64,000 nt of DNA from the NCBI GenBank assembly GCA_951406725.2, contig OX597820.1, forward strand, positions 102,486,001-102,550,000, given 5' to 3'. The notes beneath the pieces were generated by a model that had not been told where the DNA came from, made no database searches, and worked only from the letters and a program-made list of their open reading frames with translations. The stretch's first letter is position 1. Every line of letters starts with the position of its first letter. The stretch is from Octopus vulgaris. Taxonomy: Eukaryota. The translations under genes were made by a program, and so were the position numbers. Shown one piece after another: positions 26,081 through 39,365 of this stretch.

Positions 26081-27072
26081 TCTGTTGTGCCTGGGGAGTC
26101 ATTCTCTTTTGGTGCCTTATAATTTGACACATTCACCGGTAAAATTTCAACTTCTTTCATTTTTTTTTGCTTTTCTAATAGGAAATATACATAGTAGATA
26201 TCATATTTTCATACCCACAGTTTAAACAGGTAGAGTAGAATAGTTGGTGGGCTGTTACGTAGATAGATGTATGTGTGTGTGTGGGGTGTATGTACATAAA
26301 TATATATATATGTGTGTGTGTAGATAGATTTATGTGTGGGTGTATATATATATATATATATATATATGTATTCATATGCACATGTATGTAAGCATATGGA
26401 TATGAAAGTAAACAGATCAACATACAGACGGATTGGTACATAGGTTATATGAACAGACAAGCACACATACGCAAATAAAGATTGAAACACATGACCATAT
26501 ATACACACACACACTTTACTTCACACAAGGACACATAGAGACACACGTCCACACATATGGAGATGCACATCCATACATACAAACACGGTACATAGTTGCA
26601 AAACCCACACACACACAAACAAGGTGACAGAGGTAAACGCACACATATACAAACACACACACGCACACACACATACATAAAAACACACAAATACGGACAT
26701 ACAAACACATGAATATGCAGAATACATACAAATGTACACACATAAATAGATACATATGCACACACATACATACATGCATACACGCACATGCATACATGTA
26801 TAGGCATACACACACACACTGATCCACACACATGCGCACAAACAAACAAAAAGGAACGCAGTGTGAGTAACGGACAGAGTAAAAAAATATTGAAAAAGTC
26901 ACAAGACGCAACGAAAATTTTATAAAAATAAAAAAAAGTGGAAATTTTACCGATGAGTGTGTTAAATTATAATGCACCAAAAGAGAATGACTCTCCCCAG
27001 ACACAACAGAAAATGCTTCAACACACGAAATCATATAAAGAATTTTGCAAACCAAATCCAAAAACGAAATAA
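26081..27072. mobile_element. Composite insertion with inverted arms (26081-26165 / 26925-27010), internal TG/CA tracts and 12-bp flanking direct repeat
   Basis: tctgttgtgcctggggagtcattctcttttggtgc versus gcaccaaaagagaatgactctccccagacacaacaga; agtagttgataa occurs at 26069-26080 and 27073-27084. Confidence 0.7.
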
Positions 27073-27329
27073 AGTAGTTGATAACATGAACAGTAATAAG
27101 ATTTACCCATCGTAGTAAATAATTTATAATTTCCTAAAAAAGTTTTAAAAACCATTTTCCCCAACTGTTCATTTCACGTAGACGTTAAATCGCAGCACTA
27201 ACTATTGTTTAGTTGTGCATTTTCAGAGTCGATGTCTTACATTTATACTGCTTAGAGACAGAAAGTGACATACACACACGTTTCGGAGTAGTGGATAATT
27301 GGAAAGTAATTTGGTCCAATGTTTATTCG

Positions 27330-27447
27330 TTTATTCTTTTATTATTTTACTTGTTTCAGTCATTTGACTGCAGCCATGCTGGAGCACCGACTTAAAAGGT
27401 TTTAGTCGAAGAAATCGACCCCAGCACTTATTCTTCGCGAACCTAGT
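27330..27447 (-). mobile_element. SINE family A tail fragment
   Basis: ttacttgtttcagtcatttgactgcagccatgctggagcaccg. Confidence 0.85.
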
Positions 27448-27460
27448 ACTATATATATAC

Positions 27461-27837
27461 AGGAGTGGCTGTGTGGTAAGTAGCTTGCTAACCAGCCACA
27501 TGGTTCCGGGTTCAGTCCCACTGCGTGGCATCTTGGGCAAGTGTCTTGTGAGTGGATTTCGTAAACGGAAACTGAAAGAAGCCTGTCGTATATATGTATA
27601 TATATATATATGCATGTGTGTATATATTTGTGTGTCTGTGTTTGTCCCTCTAGCATTGCTTGACAACCGATGCTAGTGTGTTTACGTTCCCGTCACTTAG
27701 CGGTTCGGCAAAAGAGAACGATAGAATAAGTACTGGGCTTGCAAAGAATAAGTCCTGGGGTCGATTTGCTCGACTAAAGGCAGTGCTTCAGCATGGCCGC
27801 AGTCAAATGACTGAAACAAGTAAAAGAGTAAAAGAGA

Positions 27838-27916
<79 letters not shown>

Positions 27917-28145
27917 TGTGTGTGTATGTATGTTTCTGTGTCTGTGTTCGTCCCCCCCACCATCGCTTGACAACCAATGGTGGTGTGTTTACGTTCCCGA
28001 AACTTAGCAATTCGGCAAAAACGACCGATACAATTAGTACTAGGCTTACAAAGAATAAGGCCTGGGGCCGATTTGCACGTCTAAAGGCGGTGCCCCAGCA
28101 TGGCCGCAGTCAAATGACTGAAACAAGTAAAAGAGTAAAAGAGAG
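27461..28145 (+). mobile_element. SINE family A with duplicated tail half
   Basis: Head at 27461-27590, tail to 27839, (TA)n(TG)n, then a second tail at 27935-28145. Confidence 0.9.
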
Positions 28146-28585
28146 ACTATCTATTTTATATACGTATATATATGTATATCTATATCTATATATATATGTA
28201 TGTGTGTGTGTATGTGTGTATGTTTATATATATATATATTTTATATGTATATATATCTATATCTCTATACATATGTGTGAGTGCGAATATATATATACAC
28301 CCCGCTCCACGCCAAAACACCCACCCACACACAAACACAAACACATTCACCCACAGATACACACACATGCGTATATACAGTGATTCACTAAGGAGCAGTT
28401 GTCCTTTTGTCTGTGAGATATTTTGTGCGCATTTTTTAAAAATTCTGGCTTTGTGAATTTATTGTCGCTTTTGGAAAATTGGGCTTGTGGAGCAATTGCT
28501 TTTAAAATCACACAAACTTTAGTTTCCTCTTCTCATCCGGTCTTCCTTCCCATTTCAATGTCCGTTATTTATATTATTATTACTC

Positions 28586-28644
<59 letters not shown>

Positions 28645-30779
28645 GTCATTTACTTTTAATCTGCATGTTTGATGCAATCACCTGCCGGGGCACACCCAGC
28701 GCCCTAGGGCAAGTGAAGGTTAAGAGTTGTTGAAATATAGCTGAAAGCTTGGGGAGGGGAAGTAGAGATATATCTCCATGTAATGCAAACACAGACATTT
28801 ACATTGATAGGGTTTTTCTAAGGATGTGGGCAGTACTTGTTAGCACAATCTTTTGGATTTCCTTGAGACATGGTTTTCCAGGGATATTGTCTAGGTGTTT
28901 CTGACATCCCTTTTTTATCATACCTAGGGCACCTACAATAACAGGAACAGCTTTTGTTTTAAGATTCCACATCCTCTGTATTTCGATTTCCAGGTCTTTA
29001 TATTTACTAAGTTTGTCAAATTCCTTGACAGATACATTTTTATCAGTGGGGACGCTTACTTCTATTAGTCTGCAGGTATTTTCTTCCCTGTCTTTAACAA
29101 TTATGTCTGGTCGATTAGCCTTGATCGTTCTGTCAGTGTTGACTGGAAAATCGCAGAGGATGGTGACATCTTTACCTTCAACAACTGGCTGAGGATGGTG
29201 TTCATACTAGTTAGCAGGAGTGTCGGATTTGTAGTGTTTACATATCTTCCAATGTATATACTGTCCTACCCTATCGTGGCGATTTTTGTATTCGTTTGGT
29301 GTCAGCACAGGACATCCCGAAACGAGATGGTCTATCGTTTCGTCAAATGTGTCGCAGAATCTGCATTTAGGGTCAGTACCGTTTCGGAGAACGTTAGCCT
29401 GGTAATTTCTGGTAAACAAGCTTTGATCTTGTGCTGCCATTATGAAACCTTCAGTCTCTGCTTTCAATCCAGAGCTCTTCAGCCACTGATGGGTTGTTGC
29501 TTGGTCTACATCAGCATTTTGGCTTCGGAGAATATATTGTCCATGCAGGGGCTTCTGGCTCCACTGCCTCTCAATTTGATTCTGCCCGTTCTTTTTTGCA
29601 GTCTGCTTGATTCGCTTTGCTTGCTTGGTAGCAGTGGTTTCCGGCTCTTCATCTGATTCAAGGTTAATGTCTAGTTCCCTTTCGAACTTATAAGCTTCCT
29701 TGACAATAGAATGCAGCTTTTTGTTGCTTTCGTGTTCGCACACAAGTCGCAGCATCCAGTCCTTTGTACTAGATAGGTACCTGTTCATTCCTACAGTAGA
29801 GGTCTTATAGCACAGCTCTAATTGCATCATTCCTCTCCCCCGCTGCTTCTAGGTAGGTACAAGCGGTCTACATCTGCCTTAGGGTGGTGCATGCTCTTGG
29901 ATGTCAGTAACTTTCTTGTCTTCCTGTCTAAGCGTTGGAGTTCCGTAAGGTTCCAGTTAATGATATTAAAACTGTACTGGACTACTGGAAGTGCCAGGGT
30001 GTTAATGGCCTCAATGCAATTTTTGGAGTTGAGTTCAGTCTTCAGTACAAGCCTTATTCTCCTATAGTATTCCTTTCTTATTTTTTCCTTCATAGTAGCA
30101 TGATGTATACCATCTCCTTCGTTGATTCCTAGGTATTTGTAACTTTCTTGTGGGTCAAGTTCCTTGATGGTAGTGTCAATATCTAATTTAACAGAAGCTG
30201 TTTGCCTGAGCTTGCCTCTTACAAAAGTTGCTTTAGCACACTTATCAAGGCCAAAATCCATTCCGATATCATTGCTAAACTCTTTAACAGTTGTTAGCAG
30301 CCCTTCTAGCTCTTGGTCATTCCTGGCAAACAGCTTTAGGTCGTCCATATAGAAAAGATGGTTTATTAACTTACTAAAAACTTTGTACCCATATCTGGTA
30401 CTATCCAATTCGTTTGAGAGTGGGATCAGTGCCATGCAAAAAAGTAACGGAGAGAGGGAGTCACCTTGAAAGATGCCTCGTTTGATGTTGATGCTGTTGG
30501 ACTGGCTCATCCCATTACTATGGTCATGCTATTCTCTAAGAATTTTGAGACGACAGGAGAGATCTTGTATATCTCAAGGGCCTTGAGTATCCATTTATGT
30601 GGGACACTGTCATACGCTTTCCTGTAGTCTATCCATGCCATACTCAGGTTTTTGTTTTTGCTCCGGCAATTCTCTACAATCATTCTGTTTATGAGCAATT
30701 GGTCTTTGCACCCATAAGAGTTTCTTTTACAACCTTTTTGAGCTTGTGGAAGGATAGAATTTTGTTCAAGGAAAGCGTA

Positions 30780-30780
<1 letters not shown>
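28645..30780 (-). mobile_element. Dong/R4-clade non-LTR retrotransposon, 5'-truncated, inside (TAA)n
   Basis: RT plus CCHC plus restriction-like endonuclease coding and a short 3' UTR. (ATT)n abuts both ends (28570-28644 and 30781-30970). Confidence 0.92.
28799..30780 (-). pseudogene. RT / CCHC zinc finger / RLE endonuclease ORF, disrupted
   Basis: WIDYRKAYDSVPH, RGIFQGDSLSPLLF, HLFYMDDLKL, YKYLG, CRFC..ETIDHLVSGC, RHD, NRPDIIVKD..LIEVSVP, KLSKYKDL, ending ILRKTLSM*. Lesions: deletion at ~30510, frameshift at ~29830, stop at 29207. Confidence 0.93.
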
Positions 30781-31030
<250 letters not shown>

Positions 31031-32507
31031 ATTAGGACACTAAACAAGTGAATAGAGTTAACGATCAAACAAAATGCTCGTTATGTATTTATAAACTGTC
31101 TGAAAGTATTTTAAAATATCTGCCTATATTGTAAAAATCATGAATAAATAAATAGATATGACGGAAAGCAAATTCGTATGGAGGAAGGAAGAGAGAAGGG
31201 AATGAAAACAAGAGGATATAAATGTAAAAGCAACAACGACACACAGTCCAGCGTTGAAAAAGCAACAACACAATAGATTCACAACAGAATGAGACAATGG
31301 GGCACGCCTCTTTGGACGCTGGCGCTTTGGCAGGAGTGACTGGACATTCAAGCTGTTCTGGTTATGGTATGTTTTGGCAGTAGAATCAAACACACACACG
31401 CACACACAAACACACACGCATACAGAGAGACACATATGCACACGCAGTGTTATGTGCAAAAATATACACACACAAGGAGAGCAAGAGAGGTACATGCAAA
31501 CACAACTAGATGTTCACGCATAAACTGAGAGAGAGAGAAAGAAAGGAAAATGAGAGAAAAAGAGAGAACGTAAGAACGTAAGAACGTCTAATGTCAAATT
31601 AGTCAGCATCGAATCAGTAATGGCAAGTAAGCAGCGCCACAAACGGCTGTGCCGAAACATATCTCAACCGATCGACATGTCAAATGTCCCTGTCGTCGTC
31701 GCCAAAACAATAAATTCACTCATATGGGATAGAAAAACAGCCCTCCAAGGAATTACTTCATACATCAAACTGACGTGCACGAAGATGAATATGATCAAGG
31801 AAAGATAAAAAAAAAGGTAAAACAGAATCTTCTTTGAAGTACATAAGTTCTCGCCTTTTAATGACTTTCAGCAGCTGTAGCGAAATTTTGTCAGTGACAT
31901 GGTCGCAGAACTAAACGTAAATTTGAAATGTTTGACAATACTATTAAAAAATAAAGGACATATAAATATATCAGAAGTTGCGTTTCCGAAAAGAATGAGA
32001 TGGATTTTCGCGATGCAATTATAGACATCCCACCCCGCATTATCCCATTCAACACGCACATATACGGAATTCATTTGCAATTTCTTTAGTAATTTTAATA
32101 TTTAGTCTATCTGTGAAAATACAACCAGCGGATATATAATAAAAGCTTCAGCAGTTATAAGAAACTATTTTTCTAACTGGTTTCCACTATCTGAAAACTC
32201 ATCAGGAATTAATTACCTCGCCTTTCAGCTGCCGAAGTTAAGTTGAAAATATTTTGTCATGAATAATGTAAATCAGCCAATAGTAGCATAAGAAGGTTTA
32301 GATAATGGTACTAAGTTGACAACCGATTGTTAATAATGAATACCATTGAATACCATAACCTGATACATCATTTATAAAGTTGAGTAATTGAATTTTCGGA
32401 ATAATTCGTAAACGTAGCAATAATATGCCGGCTGACCAGTGCACAAACTTTCAAATATTCTGGAGAGAATTATATAAAGTATAATGAACCATATAGTTGA
32501 ACAGAAC

Positions 32508-32596
<89 letters not shown>

Positions 32597-33364
32597 ACAC
32601 ACACACATAAGCAGAAACGCATATATACATATGTTTATATATAACGAGAATCTTAGCCGTCACTTACAAGCGAGTATGACTCGATCTTGTACCAAGTTTT
32701 CTTTAATTGTCTTATGTGCCTATGTAGATAGATAGAGCAGACATAGATACCCTCTCAGTTCTGTAATCTCTTGCTTAGAAGAACAACGAGAATGTGACAG
32801 GTGAAAGGAGAGAAAGATGCGCTAGCACTCGGCTGATGTTGAGAAGACTTCAGTAACGAAGAACGATGTTACTATCAAGGACACAAAGAGTTGATCGGTT
32901 CAGGAATCAAATCAAACCCATGACCTAATTATCATAAGCTCTAACCACCGAGTAGCTCATAAGTAGCTTGTAACAGCTCATAAAATGTCGGGTAAAAAGA
33001 GACTTTAGACAGCAAAAAGCGAACATCACGCGAGGGAACAGGGTCACGCGCCTGTCATAGACTTGATGGCTTTGATATTACTACACCACAGAAAACAAAA
33101 ACGAAAAAAAAACCCAAAAAACAAAACAAAAGCAACAAGATGTTAACTAATTCAAAACAACGTGTTTTCTTTCTCGCTAGTAAGATCAAAGCTTCTAATT
33201 CGAATTTTACTTTGGTGTAGAGCGTAGTTATTTTGGTGAAGGGCGTAGTGTGGTATCATAATATCATGGATGTCCACTTTACTGCAGACGAATGGATAAA
33301 TTCCCCTTGTTTCGGTCTAAGGAGTTTTCACTCGATATATAATATGCTAGCAATTACATCTGTA

Positions 33365-33985
33365 TTAAGACGGAGAGTTTGCAGAATCGTTAGCACGTCA
33401 GGCAAAATGATTAGCGGCATTTCGTCCGTCGTTACATTCAGAGTTCAAATTCTGCTGAGGTCAACTTTACCTTTCATACTTTCGTGGTCGATCAAATAAG
33501 TACCAGTTAAACACCGGGGCCGATGTAATCGACTATACTCTCCCACAAATTTCAGGCCTTGTGCCTATGCTAGAAAGGTATATTAAGGCGGCGAGTTGGC
33601 AGAATCGTTAGCACGCCGGGCAAAAATATTTAGTGGCATTTCGTCCATCGCTACGTTCTGAGTTCAAATTCCGCCGAGGTCGACTTTACTTTTCATCCTT
33701 TCAGGCTCAATCAAATAAATACCAGTTGAACACTGGGGTCAATGTAATCGACTTAACCCTCCCCGAAGTTGCTGGCCTTGTGCCAAAATTCGAAACCTAT
33801 ATTCAAGCAGTGAGCTGGCAGGATCGTTACAACGCAGAACAAAATGTTTAGCGGCATTTCTTCGGGCTTTACACTCTGAGTTCAAATAACATTGCTTCTC
33901 ATCTTTCTGGGTCGATAAAATAAATAAGTAATTGACTTCACCTTCCCTCAAAAGCTGCTGGCCTTGTGCCAAAATTTAGAAAGAA
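33365..33985 (+). mobile_element. Three head-to-tail SINE family B copies
   Basis: Repeated gcagaatcgttagcacg...gagttcaaattc...ggccttgtgcc units. Confidence 0.9.
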
Positions 33986-34209
33986 TTATTTATAGTTACG
34001 TTTGCATTTGAGGAACTTCATGTAACGACATATTTAAAGATTTCTCAATACTTCAAAATGTGATCTAAAACAAGCACGTTAGATGTATGCAGATCAAAGA
34101 ACTTATTGCTTTCTTTCTTTTACGTTAAGAATTAACCACAAAATGATACTAGCAGATGCTTTATCTGATTCACTTCAGCTATATTTAGTTAAATTTATAT
34201 TATGATAAT

Positions 34210-34581
34210 TTATTTCTACTGTAGGCACAAAACGTGAAATTTTGGCAAAGAGGATTAATCGATTACATAGACTCCTGTACTCAGCAAGTAACTTATTTTA
34301 TCGATCCCAAAAGGAATACCGATGTCATTGGAACTCAGAACTTGAAGCCGTTAGAAAAGTCACTAAGCAGTTTGACTGTTATGGTAACGTTTCTGCCGGC
34401 TCACCACCGATATATTTATCTTACAACATTAACGTGTAGATATCTATATTCTTCTAGCATAGTGATTCAGGATTCATTAGCGTTTCACAAGAGCTGTCAC
34501 TTAAATTAGAGCCATCATACTGATTCTTTTATTTGGTTTTGCTTGAGTAATGCTTTTTGCAAATGATCATCATAACATTAG

Positions 34582-34617
<36 letters not shown>

Positions 34618-34965
34618 GATACATACATACATGCATATATATATATATATATATATATCTGTGTATGTGGGTAAATTTCCAATAACTATATCTTTTTGGA
34701 AGGAGAAAGATCTCACGTCAACAGAATGCAGTTTCAAAACTATAACAATCTTTTCTACCTTAGGCACAAGACCTGAAATTTGGAGGAGGAGGATAGCCGA
34801 TTACATCGACCCCAGTACTCAACTGGTACTCATTTTATCGAGCTCGAAAAGATAAAAAGCAAAATCGACCTCGGCGTATTTTTTTACTCAAAGCATAAAG
34901 ACGGTTGAAATGCTGTTAAGCACTCTGCTCGGCGTGCAAACGATCCTTCCATTTCGCCGCCTTAA
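34210..34965 (-). mobile_element. Two SINE family B copies (34210-34410 and 34745-34965)
   Basis: taggcacaa...gattacatcgacccc...ggtact...tttatcga motifs. Confidence 0.75.
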
Positions 34966-35369
34966 TAATAATATGAATAATAACAATAATATTAGTGAAT
35001 TTATTATCACAAATAATGATAGTAATGATATCAGTAATAACGATGATAATAAAATCAAGGATGTTGAAAGCATATCATTTGCTCTATTCATTTAAGAATA
35101 TGAATCAAAAGTTATCAGTATTTCCAGCATTTCAATCAAAGTTCTGTTTAGTGTGCTCAATGAATCACTAATATATTTGACAGTAAATAATGTTTTATTG
35201 ATTAGATCAAATTGCAGCGGTTAATGGAACATCATTCTCTAACTACTGTAGTTGCTACAAAAAAAAAAAAAAAGAAAGAAAAAGAAAAAAATATATAGTC
35301 TTTAGTTTTGAGCATGTTATAATAACTGAAACATAGAACAAATGTTGTTGTTTATTATATTAAAGCAAA

Positions 35370-35740
35370 GGAAAGTGGCGAGCTAACAGAATAGTTAGAA
35401 CCACCGGAAAAATATTTTGCGCAATTTGTTTCGACTCTTTACATTCTGAGTTCAAATCCTGCCGAAGTTAACTTTACCTTATATCCTTATAAAGCACCAG
35501 TTAAGTACGGGAGTCGATGCAATCGACTTGCTCCCTTCTTTCAAAACTGTTGGCCTTGTATTAAAATGAGTGAATTAGTAGAATTGCAGGCAAAACGAAA
35601 TGCAACACTCCGTTTTAAATTACAACGTCCTGGGTTCAAATTCCATTGAGAGAATTTAGTTTTACAGTATTCCGGGGCAAATAACGAAAATTGAATAATA
35701 GACAAATCTGATGTTGATATATATTCGACTGTAACACTCC
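35370..35740 (+). mobile_element. Two degenerate SINE family B copies
   Basis: ggcgagctaacagaat...gagttcaaatcctgccg...ggccttgt. Confidence 0.7.
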
Positions 35741-36044
35741 TCAAAACATGATACCTTATATTTATATTCGATACGGATTATTATATCGTTCTATTTCTAT
35801 TGTTCTCAATAATAACATACATGCTAACTGGTTATCGATATACTTTGAGTTTCATGGTAACATGTTGGTCAAAGAACATATACGTGATTTTCGCGCAAGG
35901 TCGGTAATGAAGTTTAGAGTATACCAATAGCTACAAGTTAACTTGTAATAATTTTTTAGAGACCTTACAATCTACATTGCAAGAGTTACTGTAATTTTTG
36001 TTCAGACCAGCACAATATACACCTACACACACACACAAACACAA

Positions 36045-36077
<33 letters not shown>

Positions 36078-36285
36078 GAGGCAAATTTGTTGTTGAAAAT
36101 GCACCTAAATTTGAAAAACATGCAATTGTTTAAAATAAACTTATTTACATATATACCAAACTAGCTTGCTTCAAGCGAAAGTTCCAACACACGACGGAAA
36201 GAGGATCAGAGAAATTGTAAACCAAATCCCATTTTTTATTATCTTCATGTTACCCTTATTTTTTCCCTCTTAAGTAATTATTATT

Positions 36286-36377
36286 ATAGAGAACATTTTC
36301 ACGCACCGTCTCTGATGAAGGGATGTATAAAATATCCCGGAAACAGCTGTAAGACCTCTTTATAAATGTTCTGATAA
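36286..36377 (+). ncRNA. Type I hammerhead ribozyme, intact core, in a ~36080-36420 insertion between microsatellites
   Basis: gtct-CTGATGA-a gggatg tataaaa tatccc g-GAAA-cagctg-TA-agac, with distal stem I agaacattt/aaatgttct. Confidence 0.85.
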
Positions 36378-37829
36378 CTGTTCACAGCCTTTTTTTTTTA
36401 TCTCATTCTGTTAATTTATACACATATAAATACACACATACACATACATATCTACACATGCATACCTATAAATGTGTATTGCATATGTATTCCATAGTGT
36501 ATAATACATATTTTTATATATATACGTGTGTGTGTGTGTGTGTGTGCATGCATGTATGCATTCATTTGTGTTATGCTATTAAAAACGAAACAAAACATTG
36601 GAACGGAATCACTGTTAATTAAATCTTTTGTAATGTTCAGTAAAGGAAGTGACGATTTTTACCAAATTTTTTTATATTTTGGTTATCTTTTTGTTTGAAG
36701 TTGAGTCGAACATATTTCTGGAGTTTTTCAATATGGTGGAGAAAATGTGAGATGTTTTCCTCCACAATCTTTTCCCTTATAAACGTGTTTTACTATTTGA
36801 TATCAAGACAATACAGTAGCAACACTTATACCATTAAAATACAGAAATGGCATAGCAACACGGTATATGTCATGACATTATATTTATATCGTAACTGAAA
36901 AAGTTATAGCATGATAGCACAACAGCGTGACAAACACAGCTATTCAACAGCAACACCAACAAAACCAACAACACCAATAACAATACCCCCCCCATCACCA
37001 ACACCAATATCTATACAAAACGTTATAGCACTATTCTATATGTACCCCTACAGTGCATTCATAGCTAAGATTGCAGCGTTAATACTCATCAAGCAATCTA
37101 AATACTAATTACTTAATGCCTCAGTGATTTTTTATGGCTGCGGTAGTGATTTGCTTATATATCTGCAGGGAATTTTCAAAAATATGCTGCAACACCAATA
37201 TGATATTTCAGCATTGAGGAGAATACGTGAGAGATATTCGTTTTAATTTTTGCTTTTTAATACCTCATATGAATGCAGATATCTACGACCTACATAATTT
37301 TTCTCCTGCTTCATAGCAGTGTAAGAAGACTTACACGTTATGATCTGTTACTACTTTATACGATTGATGATATCGTACTCACATTTTGTACTTCGATGTT
37401 AGGTCATCTACATTATCATGTGGATAGTAAATATTAAACTTCTTCATATAATTTCAGAATTATTATTTTCAAGCAATTAGGTAGGTAAATATTTCAGCCA
37501 TCTAGTTATCATTTATAAACTGGTCATCGATCATATTTGCTAAAAAATGTGGTGTATTCTCTTCGACGCACTTTCCAAACTCTTCATTGGTTCAAGTATA
37601 CAGAAAAAAAGGTAGTAGTGGTCGATAAATAACAACGTGGAGGTCTTCTACAAGAATTGACTCCGTTTTTATAAAAAAAATGATAATAACTAAAATCATT
37701 TATGACCACCAGTCCTAACATGGTGCAGGAATGGCTGTCTGTTATAAACTTTGCTTCCTAACTATATGATTTAACTACAGCGTAACTATCTCCTTTCTTT
37801 AGCCAGCAATCAAAGTACATATTAAAGTA

Positions 37830-38470
37830 CATGGACATCAATGCCGATAGAAAATCGTCCACTCAACAAACTGAACAGCCCTTATCCGCGCTATTCATTA
37901 GCTTTTCGCCAAAGCAATCAATTCACTACTCGTAAATAGCACAATTTTGGAATGATGCTCTACCACCATGGGAGTCCTTCAGGAGATCATTAACTTGTCT
38001 CTTCTTTAACATTTTGCAGGATCAAATAATGTGCGATGCTCTTGAAGGCCATATGGATAAAATCAGTTTCGAAAAAGAAGAAGGAATATCACAAAGTTTA
38101 GAATTGCTGGTGACATTAATAAACTAACTGTAGTGAAGGAAAGGTGAAGTAATTGAATGAATCATCCATCTACTTGACAGACTCTCCACCAAAAGTGAGA
38201 GAGAAACAAGTGCCGAATAAACCAGAATCAGGCATTCGAAAAGAAGGAATATCACAAAGTTTAGAATTGCTGACATTAATAAACTAACTGTAGTGAAGGA
38301 AAAAGGTGAAGTAATTGAATGAATCATCCATCTACTTGACAGACTCTCCACCAAAAGTGAGAGAAACAAGTGCCGAATAAACCAGGCACTTATGACAAAT
38401 TCCAGCAATTCCGTTTCAAAAGGCATGTCTTCAAATAGGCATGTTATTCAAATAGCTGGGAACGGTTATA
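37830..38470 (+). pseudogene. Degraded RTE-clade RT fragment with internal ~150-bp tandem duplication (38069-38225 / 38236-38385)
   Basis: TTMGVLQ, FNILQDQIMCDALEGH, NITKFRIAGDI and LMTNSS resemble the RTE segment TVGVRQG..FNIFLERIM.DALE..ITNLRFADDI..KTKLMTN. Confidence 0.75.
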
Positions 38471-38724
38471 AATGATAAAGAATTAAAATCTGAATTTCTT
38501 ATAAAATACTCAGAAAATGGTACACACCAAACTGAAGTCAATAAGGAGAAATAGGAACATCAACATAAAGAATAAAATTAGACTCCTATATACACACACA
38601 CAACACACACATACATACATATATACATACATACATATATACAGACAGACATACAAATACACCACACACACACACTCAGACGCACGCACGCATGCACACA
38701 CATGCACACACATATATTACTTTT

Positions 38725-39061
38725 TAAGCTTTATTCTTTTACTTGTTTCAGTCTCTGACTGCGGCCATGCTAGAGCAGTGCCTTTAGTCGAACAAATAAC
38801 CCCTAGGACTTATTGTTTGTAAGCCTAGTACTTAATCTATCGGTCTCTTTTGGCTAACCGCTAAGTTACGGGGGCGTAAACACACCAACATCCATTGTCA
38901 AGCGATGGTGAGGGACAAACATAAATACACACACACATATGTATATATATATATATATACATATGTTTTACTATGAATATAAGCTAATTTAATCATTAAT
39001 GAACAGAAACGTTGCAACGTCAAAAGATGAATTAGGGTAAATGTTTTTGAATTTTCACCTA

Positions 39062-39108
<47 letters not shown>

Positions 39109-39120
39109 CTTTTCCATATA

Positions 39121-39192
<72 letters not shown>

Positions 39193-39365
39193 TATATATA
39201 TATATGTATACATACGGCGGGCTTCTTTCACTTTCCGTCTACCACATCAACTTACAAGGCTTTGGTCGGCCCGAGGCTATAGCAGAAGACATTTGCTCAA
39301 GGTGCCAATCAGTGGGACTGAACCTGGAACCATGTGGTTGAGAAGCAAGCTTCTTACCACATAGT
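38725..39365 (-). mobile_element. SINE family A with expanded central microsatellite
   Basis: Tail at 38725-38930 and head at 39215-39365. Confidence 0.88.

Noticed and set aside
29195-29656. 153-aa plus-strand ORF
   Set aside because: Antisense shadow of the Dong/R4 ORF.
33365-33985. Regularly repeated units resembling a CRISPR-like array
   Set aside because: These are head-to-tail ~200-bp SINE copies with no unique spacers or cas genes, in eukaryotic context.
39006-39025. GAAAcgttgcaacgTC hammerhead 3' half
   Set aside because: The upstream core is absent or unrecognisable (only ctatga) and there is no stem II.
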